Assembly (NCBI RefSeq): GCF_006345805.1
Contig: NC_043013.1
Span: forward strand, 27,466,001 to 27,530,000
DNA: 64,000 bases
Reading direction: 5' to 3'
Source of the DNA: Octopus sinensis
Taxonomy: Eukaryota
Below are positions 62,800-64,000 of the stretch, piece by piece. The translations under genes were made by a program, and so were the position numbers. Position 1 is the first letter of the stretch. The number at the start of each line of letters is the position of its first letter. The notes beneath the pieces were generated by a model. It was not told where the DNA came from. It saw only the letters and a program-made list of their open reading frames with translations, and ran no database searches.

Positions 62800-63450
62800 A
62801 CTAATATTTTTCTTTCTCAGTCGACTCGTGAGGCGGGTCTAATAGTAACTATTTACCTAAAAACTCTGATGTATTTGCCATCAAGTAACAGAGATAAACA
62901 ATAACATTTATTCTTCGAATCTATACAAAGAATAATTTCATGTTCCTCTATCTTCGTTCGTGAAACATTAAGTTTTAATAACGTTTCTTGGATTCGATTT
63001 CATAAGAAGATAGAATTGAATAGAAGTGAAATCGGTCTCGAGCAATCACTGACACGAAATAAAGCATGTGTTATTAGAGTAATTACAATACAGTAGGACG
63101 GAGTTGTGTTTCTCCGGGCTCCTCCCATTGCGACTACAATTAAACGACTATTGTGTTTATATATAAATTGGGCACCTTAAATGTTTTTAAAGTCTTACCT
63201 TTAACAAAACTGATATTTCAGTATTATTTTGTATAGTGGTAAACCGAAAAACTGTTTTTGTTTTGAAAAAAATACTTTTTTACTCTATTTTTGCGGTTAG
63301 CTTGTTTTGTTCAGGGGGGTTTTTTCGGGGAAGACACCCGCTTTAATTACCAGAGTTACTATTGGAAGTGAAGGGACGTAACTCGACGCACCGAGCGTCA
63401 CAGCACAGCTATTTATTTATTCTTTGTAAGGTAACACGAACAGGGTAGTT
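62800..63450. promoter_or_regulatory. Putative FCSK promoter / non-coding first exon region
   Basis: Local CpG enrichment (about two dozen CG in ~650 bp against a CpG-poor background); free of recognisable TEs; minus-strand donor-like sites AG|gtaaat (~62856) and AAG|gtaaga (~63198). Confidence 0.5.
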
Positions 63451-64000
63451 TTGGAATAGTTATCTCTTGAAGTTCCCTAAGAAAGGAAAAGGATAGTATT
63501 TTTTTCCTTTATGTTATTGTAATCTTTTCCATATAACAGCAGTAACGATTCTGGAACATCTTTGGTGTAGTTTTGGAATAGCTATCACTATCTCATGGAG
63601 AGGGAAAAGATCACAGAATTGGAAGGTCTCGCACGAAAAATATTTTTAAAGTCAGATCTTATCATCAAGATGTGTGTGTATTCATGTGTCGTATGTATCT
63701 ATATGTAGTACATTATATATCATCATCGTTCAACATACGTTTTCCATGCTGGCATGGGTTCGACGGTTCGACTGGGGTCTGCACCAGGCCCCAATCTGAT
63801 CTGGCAGAGTTTCTACAGCTGGATGCCCTTCCTAATGCTTTTTACGTGCCTCCAGCACGAAAGCCAGTCAAAGTGGCACTGGTATTGGCCACGTTCTTTT
63901 TATGTGAAGTGATGTACAGATATTGCAATGCGTGTGTGTGGTGTGCATCTATATACCTGTACGGTCCACTTGTGTATGGAAACACAGAGTATGAAAATCT

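Overview
AT-rich, repeat-dense eukaryotic genomic DNA. The repeat landscape (tRNA-derived SINEs, RTE LINEs with (GAT)n tails, abundant (TA)n/(CA)n microsatellites) points to a coleoid cephalopod, most likely Octopus; this is recognised from the repeats, not from a search. Almost the whole window is one minus-strand gene, L-fucose kinase (FCSK/FUK). I reconstructed it by hand as 27 GT-AG coding exons from ATG 59182 to TAA 4634 (3264 nt, 1087 aa) with consistent phases. A CpG-enriched putative promoter and non-coding first exon lies near 62.8-63.4 kb. The introns hold decayed RTE and CR1/L2-like LINEs, several SINE families, a Tigger/pogo transposon, mariner- and piggyBac-type MITEs, an LTR-like fragment and Penelope-like hammerhead-ribozyme relics. 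The most notable unexplained structures are a triplicated splice acceptor with two stop-containing decoys, an overlapping uORF at the start codon, an inverted RTE pair and a 270-bp hairpin around the first coding exons, and minimal hammerhead-like motifs. No prokaryote-type system such as CRISPR is supported. Most ORFs in the supplied track are microsatellite or TE artefacts.
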